A stretch of DNA of 64,000 nt from Bacillota bacterium (GCA_019113265.1 DXHT01000001.1:1375-65374); one strand, 5' to 3'. Shown: positions 46,807 to 57,248, numbered from the stretch's first letter. The notes: generated by a model not told the origin, from the sequence alone. A program made the numbers and translations.

Positions 46807-48309
46807 ATGGACTCCATTTCTATCTGGCAGAGTACGGACGACGGCGTACGCAGCTACCCGCGTCTGACGGAAAATATAAGCGCGAACGCGCTTGTCGTTG
46901 GCGGCGGGATAGCGGGTTATCTCACCGCATATCGCCTTGCGGAAGCGGGGCGGAAAGTCGTGCTCATAGAGGGCTATCGGCTGTTTTCGGGCACGACGGG
47001 GCATACGACGGCTAAAATAACATATCATCAGGGCAGCGTATATCCCAAGCTCGTCAAGAGTTACGGCGTATCCGTCGCAAAGCGGTATTATGAGGCGCAG
47101 GTGAGCGGCATGCGTGATATTCTCGCCCTTACGCAGGAACATTCGATAGACTGCGACTGGCGGGTCATGAACGGATACATCTATTCGTCGGACGGCGGCG
47201 AGGAGACCAAGCGCATTTATTGCGCCATGTCCGAGGCGGGGATAAAGACGGAGCTCGAACATTCGTCCACGCCTGCGGGCGATTTTCTCACCGTGCGCGC
47301 GGAAAATCAATATGCATTTCATCCGCTTAAATTTTTGCGAGCTCTTCCCGTGCATTTCGATATTTACGAAAACACGCGCGCTATAAAGTTCGACGTAAAG
47401 AAAAAGACGGTATACACCGAAGAGGGAAGCGTACACGCCGATCTTATCGTGATCGCTACGCGCTATCCGACGATAGACGAATACGGCTCGTATTTCATGC
47501 GACTTCGCCCGTCCATGTCGTATACCGTGGCCGTAAGCGGAGCGGCATGCGGTGCGACGTATCTTGACGCGCGCGAGGAAGGGCTGTCCGTAAGGCCTTA
47601 CGACGGCGGCGTCACCGTGGGCGGCTATGACCGCAGAACGGGTACGGGCGACATGCATGCTTTTCTCGGACTGCGCGCCGTGGCCGCGCGAATGTTCGGA
47701 GACAAGGTGGTCGTGGCGGAATGGGCGGCTCAGGACTGTATGACTTTCGACGGAGTGCCGTACGTCGGGTGCTATTCTCCCGAACTGCGCGATATATACG
47801 TCATAACGGGGTTCAACAAGTGGGGAATGGCAAACTCCGCAACTGCGGCGCGGCTGATAGCCGATCTCGCGGACGGAAGGGAGAACCCGTTCGAGGAGCT
47901 GTACTCTCCCACACGCAGGCGCAAGGGCACGGCGGGCGGATTTATCCGTAATGCCGTTCGTAGCGTGGCATACCTCATAACGGGAAATCTGCACTATCCG
48001 CTGTCAACGTCCCGATCGATCGCCCCCGGAGAGGGCAAAGTAGTGCGACTTCACGGCAAAAAACGCGCGGTGTATAAAGAACCGGGCGGGAGGCTTTACG
48101 CGACGGAAGCGATGTGCCCGCACCTCCATGCGGAAGTAAAGTGGAATTCCGAAACGCAGACGTGGGACTGCCCGTGCCACGGCTCACGATTCGATAAGTT
48201 CGGTAACGTGATATCTGCTCCCGCACATTGTAACCTGCGCTCGCACACACGTCTTGCGGAAGAATCGGCAAGTAAAAAGAAAGAAAAGGCAAAGAGTAAA
48301 ACGGAATAA
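46807..48309 (+). CDS. FAD-dependent oxidoreductase with C-terminal Rieske [2Fe-2S] domain
   Basis: 500 aa. Dinucleotide-binding VVGGGIAGY..A..L. C-terminal CPHLH...CPCHGSRF Rieske motif. Confidence 0.85.
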   Translation: MDSISIWQSTDDGVRSYPRLTENISANALVVGGGIAGYLTAYRLAEAGRKVVLIEGYRLFSGTTGHTTAKITYHQGSVYPKLVKSYGVSVAKRYYEAQVSGMRDILALTQEHSIDCDWRVMNGYIYSSDGGEETKRIYCAMSEAGIKTELEHSSTPAGDFLTVRAENQYAFHPLKFLRALPVHFDIYENTRAIKFDVKKKTVYTEEGSVHADLIVIATRYPTIDEYGSYFMRLRPSMSYTVAVSGAACGATYLDAREEGLSVRPYDGGVTVGGYDRRTGTGDMHAFLGLRAVAARMFGDKVVVAEWAAQDCMTFDGVPYVGCYSPELRDIYVITGFNKWGMANSATAARLIADLADGRENPFEELYSPTRRRKGTAGGFIRNAVRSVAYLITGNLHYPLSTSRSIAPGEGKVVRLHGKKRAVYKEPGGRLYATEAMCPHLHAEVKWNSETQTWDCPCHGSRFDKFGNVISAPAHCNLRSHTRLAEESASKKKEKAKSKTE

Positions 48310-48310
48310 C

Positions 48311-48343
48311 AAAGACGGCGCATAAAGCCGTCTTTTTATTTTT
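48311..48343 (+). terminator. intrinsic terminator
   Basis: AAAGACGGC-GCATAAA-GCCGTCTTT followed by TTATTTTT. Confidence 0.8.
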
Positions 48344-48645
48344 CCGCATTTTTTTAACGTCCGTCCGCATGGCGGTTTTCAATGCCGTGTCGGCGTACGT
48401 ACCGCCGCCGTACGTATTTATATAACTATGGATTTTACGTGTCCGCACCGCGCATACCGCCCGCACCGCGCCCTTCACCACGTGCATTGCGCGTCTGCTC
48501 CGTGCGTCTCATTCCGCAAGACAGCATCGCGCACTTTTGTTTTTCGCGGCGTTTTTTTTATTGCGACGAATGCGATTTTTTACGAAAATAAGCATATAAC
48601 GGCTGAAAACGCTTGACAAAATCCGCCGATAGTATTATACCGTGC

Positions 48646-50034
48646 ATGGGGAATCGGGAGGCAGTTTTGGTAAAAGATCTCTCCGTGGGAAATCCGTTTA
48701 AAGTGCTCTGGCTGTACTCGCTGCCGCTCATAGGCAGCGTGGTGTTTCAGCAGATGTACAACATGGCGGACACGATCATTGCGGGCAAGGCGATAGACGA
48801 TTACGCTCTCGCCGCGGTGGGAGCGTCGTATCCCGTGACCATGATTTTCATGGCGGTCGCGCTCGGCTGCAACCTCGGTTGCTCGGTCATAGTGTCCCGC
48901 TTTTTCGGGCAGAAGCACTTTGCCGAGGTTCGGGAGAGCGTTTCGACCATACTCATATCCGTAGCCGTTCTCGGCGTGGTTATGACGGGTGTGGGCATAG
49001 GTATAGGCAGTCCGATAATGCGGCTGCTCCAAACGCCCGAAAGCATTTTCGGAGACGCTCTCGCATACCTTTATATCTATATCGGCGGCTTCATATTCGT
49101 GCTGATATATAACGTCGGAACGGGAATTTACACGGCGCTCGGCGACTCGATGACGCCTTTCCTTTTCCTCGTAGCGTCCAGCCTGGGCAATATAGGACTG
49201 GACCTTTTGTTCGTGCTTGCTTTCCGCATGGGCGTTGCGGGTCTTGCCTGGGCGACGTTCATATGTCAGGGTATAGCGGCGGTGCTGTGCGTGATCGCGC
49301 TCCTTCTGCGCCTGCGCAAACTGGGCGGCGATCGTAAGCCCCGACTGTTCTCGCGGCAACTGCTTGCGAGAATGTGCATAGTGGCGATACCGAGCATATT
49401 ACAGCAGAGTTTCATATCCATAGGCAATCTGTTCATACAGGCGCTCGTAAACGGGCACGGCGAACTCGTGCTTGCGGGATATACCGCGGCGATAAAGCTG
49501 AATACGTTCCTCCTTACGACTCTGACGACGGTGACGGGCGCGCTTTCCTCATACACGGCTCAGAATATAGGCGCGGGAAAGAGTGAAAGGGTCGCCAAAG
49601 GTCTTGCGGCGTGCTGTTCGATAACGGGCATACTTCTGGTGCCGTTCATGGTGTTCTATCTGGCATTCCCGCAGACCGCGCTGTTGCTGTTCACGCAGGA
49701 CGTTTCGGGCGAAGCTATGGCAACGGGCGTTCAGTTCCTGCACATGGTGGTGCCGTTTTACGCGGTAGTGGCGATAAAGCTTCTCTGCGACTCCGTCATG
49801 CGCGGATCCGAACGCATGATACCGTTCATGATAACGACGTTCTCCGACCTCGTCATACGCGTTGCGCTTTGCTTTATATTCGACCCGGGCATGGGCATGG
49901 GACCCATGGGACTGTGGCTGTCTTGGCCGATAGGCTGGTCCGCGGGCGCGGCGCTGTCCGTAGTACTCTGTCTGTTCGTGGGTAAGAACAGGCTTATAGG
50001 GCTGGCAGGGCGAAAGCGCAAGACCATTTCTTAG
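48646..50034 (+). CDS. MATE family efflux transporter
   Basis: 12-TM protein with the N-terminal MATE pattern (PLIGSVVFQQMYNMADTIIAGK). The track start 48613 is a TTGACA hexamer. Realistic starts are the ATG at 48646 or the TTG at 48667 (5 nt after GGGAGG). Confidence 0.85.
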   Translation: MGNREAVLVKDLSVGNPFKVLWLYSLPLIGSVVFQQMYNMADTIIAGKAIDDYALAAVGASYPVTMIFMAVALGCNLGCSVIVSRFFGQKHFAEVRESVSTILISVAVLGVVMTGVGIGIGSPIMRLLQTPESIFGDALAYLYIYIGGFIFVLIYNVGTGIYTALGDSMTPFLFLVASSLGNIGLDLLFVLAFRMGVAGLAWATFICQGIAAVLCVIALLLRLRKLGGDRKPRLFSRQLLARMCIVAIPSILQQSFISIGNLFIQALVNGHGELVLAGYTAAIKLNTFLLTTLTTVTGALSSYTAQNIGAGKSERVAKGLAACCSITGILLVPFMVFYLAFPQTALLLFTQDVSGEAMATGVQFLHMVVPFYAVVAIKLLCDSVMRGSERMIPFMITTFSDLVIRVALCFIFDPGMGMGPMGLWLSWPIGWSAGAALSVVLCLFVGKNRLIGLAGRKRKTIS

Positions 50035-50094
50035 TAGCTTGGCTTTACTCTCGGCGGGCGGTGCATAAAGCCGCAAAAAGGGATAAAACTACCT

Positions 50095-50583
50095 TTGATG
50101 AAGCATTACGACTATATGTGCGTGAGAGCGGAAAACAGCAGGGAATGCAAGGGCAGGTATTGTAAATTCGGCTGGCGGTACGTCCCCGACGAGAGCGAGC
50201 GCGGCGGCAGGTTATCCTTTCGCAGAGCGGCTCCCGCATTGCGCGTCGATGAGCTGGATGCATTACAGCGCAGGTGTGACGCAAAGGCGGAAGAAATAGA
50301 CGAACTGCGCGGGCATTGCCGCGTGATCGGAGGTATTATGTCTGTCATGGTAGCCGCGGCAGGCTATTTTGTCATGTGCGCGGGGCTGGAAATGCTGGGC
50401 GGCAGCGCACCCGGCGGCGGGGCTGTGTGCATAGCGGGAGCACTGGCGGCGGCTGCGGCGTTTTTAGCCGGAAAAGGCGCGGAGGCGATCGCGCTTCGCG
50501 CGTCGCGCGGGCGCAGGATGCTGCTTTCGGCGCAGCTTAGCGCGCTACTCGCCGAAACGGAGAAAATTGGCAACGCCTCTTAA
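50095..50583 (+). CDS. hypothetical protein with C-terminal hydrophobic segments
   Basis: 162-aa ORF with codon usage like its neighbours. No recognisable motif. Confidence 0.4.
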   Translation: MMKHYDYMCVRAENSRECKGRYCKFGWRYVPDESERGGRLSFRRAAPALRVDELDALQRRCDAKAEEIDELRGHCRVIGGIMSVMVAAAGYFVMCAGLEMLGGSAPGGGAVCIAGALAAAAAFLAGKGAEAIALRASRGRRMLLSAQLSALLAETEKIGNAS

Positions 50584-51277
50584 ATTTTACGGACGGCTCT
50601 CTCCATACGAACGGGCGAAACTGACGTCCGTTTTTTCCATGCTGTTCAACCTGACGACGGGCGCGTTCGGAGTGGCGATAGGACTGCTCACGTCGGCTAC
50701 CGCCATACTCGTAAGCGGCTTGCATTCGTTGCTTCTCGGCTCGGTAAAACGTGTGTACTTCCGAGGGATGCCCGCGTCGCACGGGGATGAGAGCAGAGAA
50801 AGCGCGTATTATTTTGCAATGGGCGTACTGCTTGCGGCGTCATCCGCATTTTACACGATATATATGCTACGAGGGACCGCCAACGAGCGCGAACTCAGGT
50901 TCGGCGCGGGCGCGGCGATAGCCGTGTGTGTGATTGCGGCGGCGGAACTGATAGTGAACGTGCGCGGGCTTGTTACGGCGAGAAGAAACGGCGACTTGCT
51001 TCTCGAAGGACTGCGGCTCGCCGATCTTTCGGCGGCGTTTGTCGCCGTTGCCGCCGCGGCGAACGCGATAACATCGGTGCTCGGCGTGCGCGACATAGGA
51101 TACGTCATTTACGGCGGACGTTTCGGCGCGATAATGGGCGCGGCGGGTATACTTACGGGCGCGGCAATGAGCATAAAGGGCGCGCTTTTAATGCGTAAGT
51201 TTTCGCGGCGGGAGCGTATCAGGATAATAGAGCGTACGCGCGCGTCGAATATGCCCGACCCGCCCGCAAACCCTTGA
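50567..51277 (+). CDS. hypothetical polytopic membrane protein
   Basis: 236 aa with about six hydrophobic segments. Overlaps the previous ORF by 17 nt. No recognisable family. Confidence 0.45.
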   Translation: MATPLKFYGRLSPYERAKLTSVFSMLFNLTTGAFGVAIGLLTSATAILVSGLHSLLLGSVKRVYFRGMPASHGDESRESAYYFAMGVLLAASSAFYTIYMLRGTANERELRFGAGAAIAVCVIAAAELIVNVRGLVTARRNGDLLLEGLRLADLSAAFVAVAAAANAITSVLGVRDIGYVIYGGRFGAIMGAAGILTGAAMSIKGALLMRKFSRRERIRIIERTRASNMPDPPANP

Positions 51278-51302
51278 CTTTTTGCCTGTCCGTTTGTATA
51301 AT
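51274..51302 (+). promoter_or_regulatory. promoter of the aminotransferase-tyrS operon
   Basis: TTGACT (51274-51279), 17-nt spacer, TATAAT (51297-51302). Only about 33 nt of leader precede the ATG. Confidence 0.6.
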
Positions 51303-51335
51303 TGTTAATAGTGACACAAAGGTAATGTATACGAA

Positions 51336-52526
51336 ATGGATTTTGTATTTTCTGACAGAATGAAGAATATGAACGGCACCGCCACCCGCGAGATATTCAA
51401 ATTGCTCGGCAATCCCGAAATAATCAGTTTTGCCGGCGGCAATCCCGCGATAGAGTGTCTGCCTACCGAACGCGTCAAAGAGATAACGGGGGATATATGC
51501 GCATCTCCCGATTTTGCGCGCGTCCTTCAATACGGACTCACCGCAGGTTTCCCCGAACTGCGCGAACTGCTTTGCAAGTACGTTGAAACCGCGGGCATAT
51601 ACGGCGCGAAAGTGGAAAACGTGCTGGTAATAAGCGGCGGTCAGCAGGGTATCGATCTTGCGCTCAAAGCGTTCATCAACCCCGGCGACGTCATACTCGT
51701 CGAAGACCCGACTTATCTTGCGTTCCTCCAACTCGCCAACTCTTACGAGGGCGTGTGCAAGGGCGTTAAGGCAAACGACGACGGGCTCGATCTCGAAGAC
51801 CTTGAAGAAAAGATAAAGAAGTATTCGCCCAAAATGCTTTATTGCGTTCCGACGTTCTCCAACCCGACGGGAAAGACGTATTCGGACGCGAACAGGCGGG
51901 CGATAGCCGAAATGACGGCAAAGTACGGCGTCATGGTGATAGAGGACGATCCGTACAGCAAACTGCGTTTCAAGGGCGAATACGTTCCGTCCATGAAGAG
52001 CTACGACAAGGCGGGAAACGTCATATTCATATCCTCTTTCTCCAAGATAATTTCGCCCGGTAACAGAACGGGCGTGGCTGTGGCGGATCCCGCGGTCATA
52101 CGTAAAATGGAGATAGGCAAGCAGGGAACGGATCTTCATACGCCCAATCTTTCGCAGATGATAACGTACGAATATCTGCGCCGCGGGTATCTTAAACCCG
52201 ATCTCGAAAAAGCGGTGGAGATATACGGCAGGAAAAAGGGTGCGATGAGCGCCGCGATAAACAAGTACATGCCCGAAGAATTCATTTGCACGGACCCCGA
52301 CGGCGGACTGTTTATCTGGGGAAAACTGCCCGAGCGCATAGACACGGTAAAACTTCTCCCCGAAGCGATAGCACGCAAAGTGGCGTACATACAGGGTAGC
52401 GTGTTCTTTGCGGACGGCAGCGGCACGAATTACATACGCCTCAACTACTCGTATGCGGATATAGCCCGCATAGAAGAGGGCATAGCCCGACTCGCCGAGC
52501 TGTTCAAGGAAAAGCTCGCAAAGTAA
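51336..52526 (+). CDS. PLP-dependent aminotransferase (class I/II, 2-aminoadipate/aromatic type)
   Basis: 396 aa. ISFAGGNP N-terminal motif and SFSKIISPGNR PLP-lysine motif. Confidence 0.85.
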   Translation: MDFVFSDRMKNMNGTATREIFKLLGNPEIISFAGGNPAIECLPTERVKEITGDICASPDFARVLQYGLTAGFPELRELLCKYVETAGIYGAKVENVLVISGGQQGIDLALKAFINPGDVILVEDPTYLAFLQLANSYEGVCKGVKANDDGLDLEDLEEKIKKYSPKMLYCVPTFSNPTGKTYSDANRRAIAEMTAKYGVMVIEDDPYSKLRFKGEYVPSMKSYDKAGNVIFISSFSKIISPGNRTGVAVADPAVIRKMEIGKQGTDLHTPNLSQMITYEYLRRGYLKPDLEKAVEIYGRKKGAMSAAINKYMPEEFICTDPDGGLFIWGKLPERIDTVKLLPEAIARKVAYIQGSVFFADGSGTNYIRLNYSYADIARIEEGIARLAELFKEKLAK

Positions 52527-52537
52527 AGGGGGGAAGC

Positions 52538-53749
52538 ATGACTAACGCACTCGATATACTCAGACAGAGGGGATACGTCGGACAGACGGTATACGAAGAG
52601 GATCTTTACAAACTGCTCGGCAGCGAGAGCATACCGTTTTACGTCGGATTCGATCCGACGGCGGACAGCCTGCACATAGGGCATTACATACCCATAATGG
52701 CAATGGCGCATATGCAGAGATGCGGTCACAAGCCCATAGTGCTCGTAGGCGGCGGCACGGGAATGATAGGCGACCCGTCCGGCAGAAGCGACCTGCGCAC
52801 CATGCTCACCAGAGAGCAGGTAGAGCATAACGTCGCTTGCATAAAGAAGCAGATGGAGCGCTTTCTCTCCTTTGAGGGTGAGAACGCGGCTGTGATAGTG
52901 AACAACGCCGATTGGCTGCTCAATCTCAACTATGTGGACTTTTTGCGCGACGTGGGCGTCTACTTCTCCGTAAACAAGATGCTCACCGCCGAGTGTTTCA
53001 AAATACGTTACGAAAAGGGACTTACGTTCCTCGAATTCAACTATATGCTCATGCAGGCGTATGACTTTCTCATGCTTTACGAAAAGTTCGGCTGTCTGCT
53101 TGAAATGGGCGGTAACGACCAGTGGAGCAACATTCTCGCGGGCGCGGATCTTATCCGCCGCAAAAAGCATAAGGACGCATTCGCCATAACCTGCCCGCTG
53201 CTCCTCAACTCCGAGGGCAAGAAGATGGGCAAGACGGCGAAGGGCGCGCTTTGGCTCAGCGCGGAGCGCACCACGCCTTACGAGTTCTATCAGTACTTCC
53301 GCAACGTCGAAGACGTCAAGACGGAGGAGTGCCTGCGTCTTCTGACGTTCGTTCCGCTCGACGAGATAAAGGAGCTTACGGCGCATAACGACGAGCGCAT
53401 GAACATTGCCAAAGAGCGTCTTGCGTATGAGGTTACCAAGCTCGTTCACGGCGAAGAGGCCGCGGACAAGGCGCGCTCACAGGCGCGCGCGGCGTTCGGC
53501 GGCAATGCCGAGGACATGCCCACCGTCACGATCAAGGCGGCGGACGCGCCGACGGTAGCGGACGCACTCGTGCTTACCGGTGCGTGCAAGTCCAAGAGCG
53601 AGGCGCGCAGGCTGGTAGAGGGCGGCGGCGTTAAGATAGACGAATCCAAGGTAACGGACGCGACGGACGCGCTTTCGGCTTATGCCGCAGACGGCTCGTT
53701 CGTGCTGCACAAGGGCAAGAAGTTCCATGTGCGCGTAGTGCTCGGATGA
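52538..53749 (+). CDS. tyrS: tyrosine--tRNA ligase
   Basis: 403 aa. HIGH motif (LHIGHY), KMSKS variant (KKMGKT), C-terminal S4-like domain. Confidence 0.95.
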   Translation: MTNALDILRQRGYVGQTVYEEDLYKLLGSESIPFYVGFDPTADSLHIGHYIPIMAMAHMQRCGHKPIVLVGGGTGMIGDPSGRSDLRTMLTREQVEHNVACIKKQMERFLSFEGENAAVIVNNADWLLNLNYVDFLRDVGVYFSVNKMLTAECFKIRYEKGLTFLEFNYMLMQAYDFLMLYEKFGCLLEMGGNDQWSNILAGADLIRRKKHKDAFAITCPLLLNSEGKKMGKTAKGALWLSAERTTPYEFYQYFRNVEDVKTEECLRLLTFVPLDEIKELTAHNDERMNIAKERLAYEVTKLVHGEEAADKARSQARAAFGGNAEDMPTVTIKAADAPTVADALVLTGACKSKSEARRLVEGGGVKIDESKVTDATDALSAYAADGSFVLHKGKKFHVRVVLG

Positions 53750-54378
53750 CGGAAAGTTACGTCACTCTCTCCGACGCATTTGCGGAGATCGTGATATTGC
53801 GCTCCCGCTTTCTCGCGTACGTGTTCCACTGCGAGAGCGAAGAGGAGTGTGCCGTAAAGCTGGCGGAGCTGAGAAAGCGGCATTACGACGCGACTCACGT
53901 GTGCTATGCCTACTGTGCGGACGTCGATGGGCGTACGATACGCTTTTCGGATGACGGCGAGCCTTCGTCCACGGCGGGCGCGCCCATACTGTCCGTGATA
54001 AACAAGGGCGGTTACAGGCAGGTGCTCATAGCCGTGGTGCGGTATTTCGGCGGCACCAAGCTGGGCGCGGGCGGACTTGTCCGCGCATACACGGACGCGG
54101 CGACGGCGGCTGTCGGAGCGGCAAGGCGCGACGATATGCGGCTTTGCTCGGTATGGGCGGCGCAGACGGACTACAACACGTTTGCGCGCATAAGCGCGGC
54201 GATACCGCGAATGGGCGGCGCGACGACGCACGTAGAGTACGGGGAAGGGGTATCTTTCGAAGTAATTTTTCCCGTCGGGGAGGACAGGGAGCAGTCCCTC
54301 CGCGATCTGACGGGCGGAAAAATCGAATTTATCAAAAGAGGCGACAGATATGAAATTTATCAAACGCGAACAGCTTAA
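53746..54378 (+). CDS. YigZ / IMPACT family protein
   Basis: 210 aa. UPF0029 signature VVRYFGGTKLGAGGLVRAY. Confidence 0.8.
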   Translation: MTESYVTLSDAFAEIVILRSRFLAYVFHCESEEECAVKLAELRKRHYDATHVCYAYCADVDGRTIRFSDDGEPSSTAGAPILSVINKGGYRQVLIAVVRYFGGTKLGAGGLVRAYTDAATAAVGAARRDDMRLCSVWAAQTDYNTFARISAAIPRMGGATTHVEYGEGVSFEVIFPVGEDREQSLRDLTGGKIEFIKRGDRYEIYQTRTA

Positions 54379-55405
54379 AGAAAAGCCTTCCGATCTTCAA
54401 TTCGGAAAGCACTTCACCGACTACATGTTCATGATGAAATATCATGACGGCGGTTGGGATTACGACAATGCGTGCATAAAGCCTTACGAACCGTTCGTGC
54501 TCGACCCGTCCACCTCCGTGTTCCACTACGGACAGGCGGTATTCGAGGGGCTTAAAGCCTATAAGAACGATAAGGGCGAAGTGCGTCTGTTCCGTCCCAT
54601 GGAGAACATGAAGCGCATGAACGATTCGTGCTGGCGGCTTTGCATACCTCAGTTCGACGAGAAGTTCGTACACGACGCGATAGCGGAGCTCGTAAAGACG
54701 GAAAAGGACTGGATCCCCACCGCGCCGGGAACGTCGCTTTACATCCGCCCGTTCGTTATAGCGACGGACGAAACGCTGGGCGTGCACTCGTCCAAGAACT
54801 ACATCATGGCGGTGATACTCTCTCCCGTCGGCGCATACTACGCGCACGGATTCGATCCCGTACGTCTTTACGTCGAGGAGAACTACAAGCGCGCATGCAA
54901 GGGCGGCACGGGTAATCACAAGGTAGCGGGCAACTATGCCGCATCCATACTCGCCGCAGACGAGGCGGAGAAAAAGGGCTACGATCAGACGCTGTGGCTG
55001 GACGCCGCCGAAAACAAATACATGGAAGAAGTAGGTTCGATGAACATATTCTTCGTCATAAACGGCAAGGTGGTAACGCCCAAGCTCGGAGGCTCGATAC
55101 TCCCGGGCATCACGAGGAGAAGCACGATAGAGCTGCTCAAAGCGCGCGGTTACGACGTGGAAGAGCGTCTCGTATCCGTCAAGGAAGTCGTGGACGCGGC
55201 AAAGGACGGCACTCTCGACGAGATATTCGGTACGGGAACGGCGGCAGTTGTTTCGCCCGTTGGCGAGTTCGGCTTCGAGGGCAAGGACTATAAAGTAGGC
55301 GACGGCAAGCTCGGCAAAGTGACCAAATACGTTTACGACGAGCTTACGGGCATTCAGACGGGCGTCAAGCCGGACGAGTTCGGCTGGGTAGAGCGCGTGA
55401 TCTGA
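54350..55405 (+). CDS. ilvE: branched-chain amino acid aminotransferase
   Basis: 351 aa. Class IV aminotransferase pattern (FHYGQAVFEGLKAY, SLYIRPF, GTGNHKVAGNY, ILPGITR). Confidence 0.9.
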   Translation: MKFIKREQLKEKPSDLQFGKHFTDYMFMMKYHDGGWDYDNACIKPYEPFVLDPSTSVFHYGQAVFEGLKAYKNDKGEVRLFRPMENMKRMNDSCWRLCIPQFDEKFVHDAIAELVKTEKDWIPTAPGTSLYIRPFVIATDETLGVHSSKNYIMAVILSPVGAYYAHGFDPVRLYVEENYKRACKGGTGNHKVAGNYAASILAADEAEKKGYDQTLWLDAAENKYMEEVGSMNIFFVINGKVVTPKLGGSILPGITRRSTIELLKARGYDVEERLVSVKEVVDAAKDGTLDEIFGTGTAAVVSPVGEFGFEGKDYKVGDGKLGKVTKYVYDELTGIQTGVKPDEFGWVERVI

Positions 55406-55444
55406 TCGTCCCGCCGTTAAGATAAAAACAACGCGAGGAACATA

Positions 55445-56728
55445 ATGAGAAAAGATACAGAATGCGTGCGCGCGGGCTACACTCCCGGAAACGGCGAGCC
55501 GCGCCAGCTCCCCATAATACAGTCGACCACATTCCGCTATACTACGAGCGAGGAGATGGGCGCGCTGTTCGATCTTGAAAAGTCGGGATATTTCTATACC
55601 CGTTTGCAGAATCCCACCAACGACAACGTCGCGGCGCGCATAACCGCGCTCGAAGGCGGAGTGGCGGGTATGCTCACCAGCTCCGGGCAGGCGGCAAACT
55701 TCTTTGCCGTGTTCAATATCTGCGAGGCGGGCGACCACTTTGTCGCGTCGTCCACGATATACGGCGGAACGTTCAATCTGTTCGGCGTGACGATGAAAAA
55801 AATGGGCATAGATTGCACATTCGTCGATCAGGACGCGAGCGAGGAGGAGATCTCTGCCGCATTCCGTCCCAATACCAAGTGCATGTTCGGCGAGACCGTG
55901 TCCAATCCGGGCGTCAAGGTGCTCGATATAGAGAAATTCGCCCGCATAGCACACGCTCACGGCGTACCGCTCATCGTTGACAATACGTTCCCGACGCCCG
56001 TCGGTTGCCGTCCCATAGAGTGGGGCGCGGATATAGTGACGCACTCTACCACCAAATACATGGACGGTCACGGCGTCGCCGTCGGCGGAGCGATAGTGGA
56101 CAGCGGCAACTTCGATTTCGCCGCATACGGCGATAAGTATCCCGGACTGAACACCCCCGACGAATCCTATCACGGTATCGTGTATACACAGAAGTTCGGC
56201 AAGGGCGCATATATAACCAAGGCCACGGCACAGCTCATGCGTGACCTCGGCTCCATACAGTCGCCTCAGAATGCGTTCTACCTCGGGCTCGGGCTCGAAT
56301 CTCTTCACCTGCGCATGCCGCGCTACTGCGCTAATGCTCTTGCGGTAGCCGAGTATCTCGAAAAGTGCCCCTCCGTCGAGTGGGTGGCGTACCCGGGACT
56401 CAAAAGTGACAAGTACTACGAACTCGCTCGGAAGTATTGCCCGAAAGGCGCTTGCGGCGTACTCTGCTTCGGACTCAAAGGCGGACGGAGCGCGGCGGAA
56501 AAATTTATGGACAGCCTTAAACTCATACGCATATATACGCACGTCGCGGATTCGCAGTCCTGCATGCTTCATCCCGCGAGCCACACTCACCGCCAGCTGA
56601 CGGACGAACAACTGCGCGCGGCGGGAATCGATCCGTCGCTGATACGCTTCTCCGTCGGTATAGAGGACGTAAGCGACATTCTCGACGACGTAAAGCAGGC
56701 GCTTGTCGCCGCAGGGCTCAAAGCCTGA
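55445..56728 (+). CDS. O-acetylhomoserine (thiol)-lyase / sulfhydrylase family PLP enzyme
   Basis: 427 aa. Cys/Met-metabolism PLP family with the STTKYMDGHG lysine motif. Confidence 0.9.
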   Translation: MRKDTECVRAGYTPGNGEPRQLPIIQSTTFRYTTSEEMGALFDLEKSGYFYTRLQNPTNDNVAARITALEGGVAGMLTSSGQAANFFAVFNICEAGDHFVASSTIYGGTFNLFGVTMKKMGIDCTFVDQDASEEEISAAFRPNTKCMFGETVSNPGVKVLDIEKFARIAHAHGVPLIVDNTFPTPVGCRPIEWGADIVTHSTTKYMDGHGVAVGGAIVDSGNFDFAAYGDKYPGLNTPDESYHGIVYTQKFGKGAYITKATAQLMRDLGSIQSPQNAFYLGLGLESLHLRMPRYCANALAVAEYLEKCPSVEWVAYPGLKSDKYYELARKYCPKGACGVLCFGLKGGRSAAEKFMDSLKLIRIYTHVADSQSCMLHPASHTHRQLTDEQLRAAGIDPSLIRFSVGIEDVSDILDDVKQALVAAGLKA

Positions 56729-56765
56729 AAAATTTAACGGTTTCGCGCCCGACGCGGCGCGTCAG

Positions 56766-56795
56766 AACCCCTCTTGCTTGTCAAGAGGGGTTTTC
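56766..56795 (+). terminator. intrinsic terminator
   Basis: AACCCCTCTTG-CTTGT-CAAGAGGGGTT then TTCG. Confidence 0.7.
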
Positions 56796-56939
56796 GTCCA
56801 TGCCGCGCTTTACGCTGCTTGTAAAAACGCAGGCGTGGCTTGCCGAAACAGGGCATAACGCCGAAAATCGCCCAAAAGGCTTGCCGCAAACAGCGAACGG
56901 CAATGTTTTAACACGGGCGGTTCGGCAAAAACCGCTCCG

Positions 56940-57203
56940 TCAGGATGCGAGCAGCTTATAAAGCGTTCCCACGATGTCGGCGGGCGCGAACGGCAGCACG
57001 GCTTTAAGCCCGAGCGCGGCGCGCTTGCCGCGGCTCTGTCCGCGATTTTTGAGCAGTCCGAGCAGATTGCCCGCCTCGGGAGGGAGCGCCCCCGCGAGTA
57101 TATCCTCGGGTTTTCCACCGGACGCGAGCGCGCTGAGTAGCTGCGTCTTGTCCTTTAAGTCCGTTTTGCCGAGCAAAAGCGGCAATATTGCGTTTATATC
57201 CAT
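56940..57203 (-). CDS. small hypothetical protein (87 aa)
   Basis: Internal ATG at 57203 (minus strand) is preceded by AAGGAGG at good spacing. The longer track ORF (to 57512) lacks this support. No family recognised. Confidence 0.5.
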   Translation of the reverse strand: MDINAILPLLLGKTDLKDKTQLLSALASGGKPEDILAGALPPEAGNLLGLLKNRGQSRGKRAALGLKAVLPFAPADIVGTLYKLLAS

Positions 57204-57248
57204 AGCGTTGCCTCCTTGACGTAACACTAATTTATATGACGGCATACA

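Noticed and set aside
56729-57248. Long 190-aa minus ORF 56940-57512 taken at face value
   Set aside because: Its upstream half is antisense to the 86-aa plus-strand ORF and lacks start signals. Only the distal 87 codons following the AAGGAGG site are plausible.
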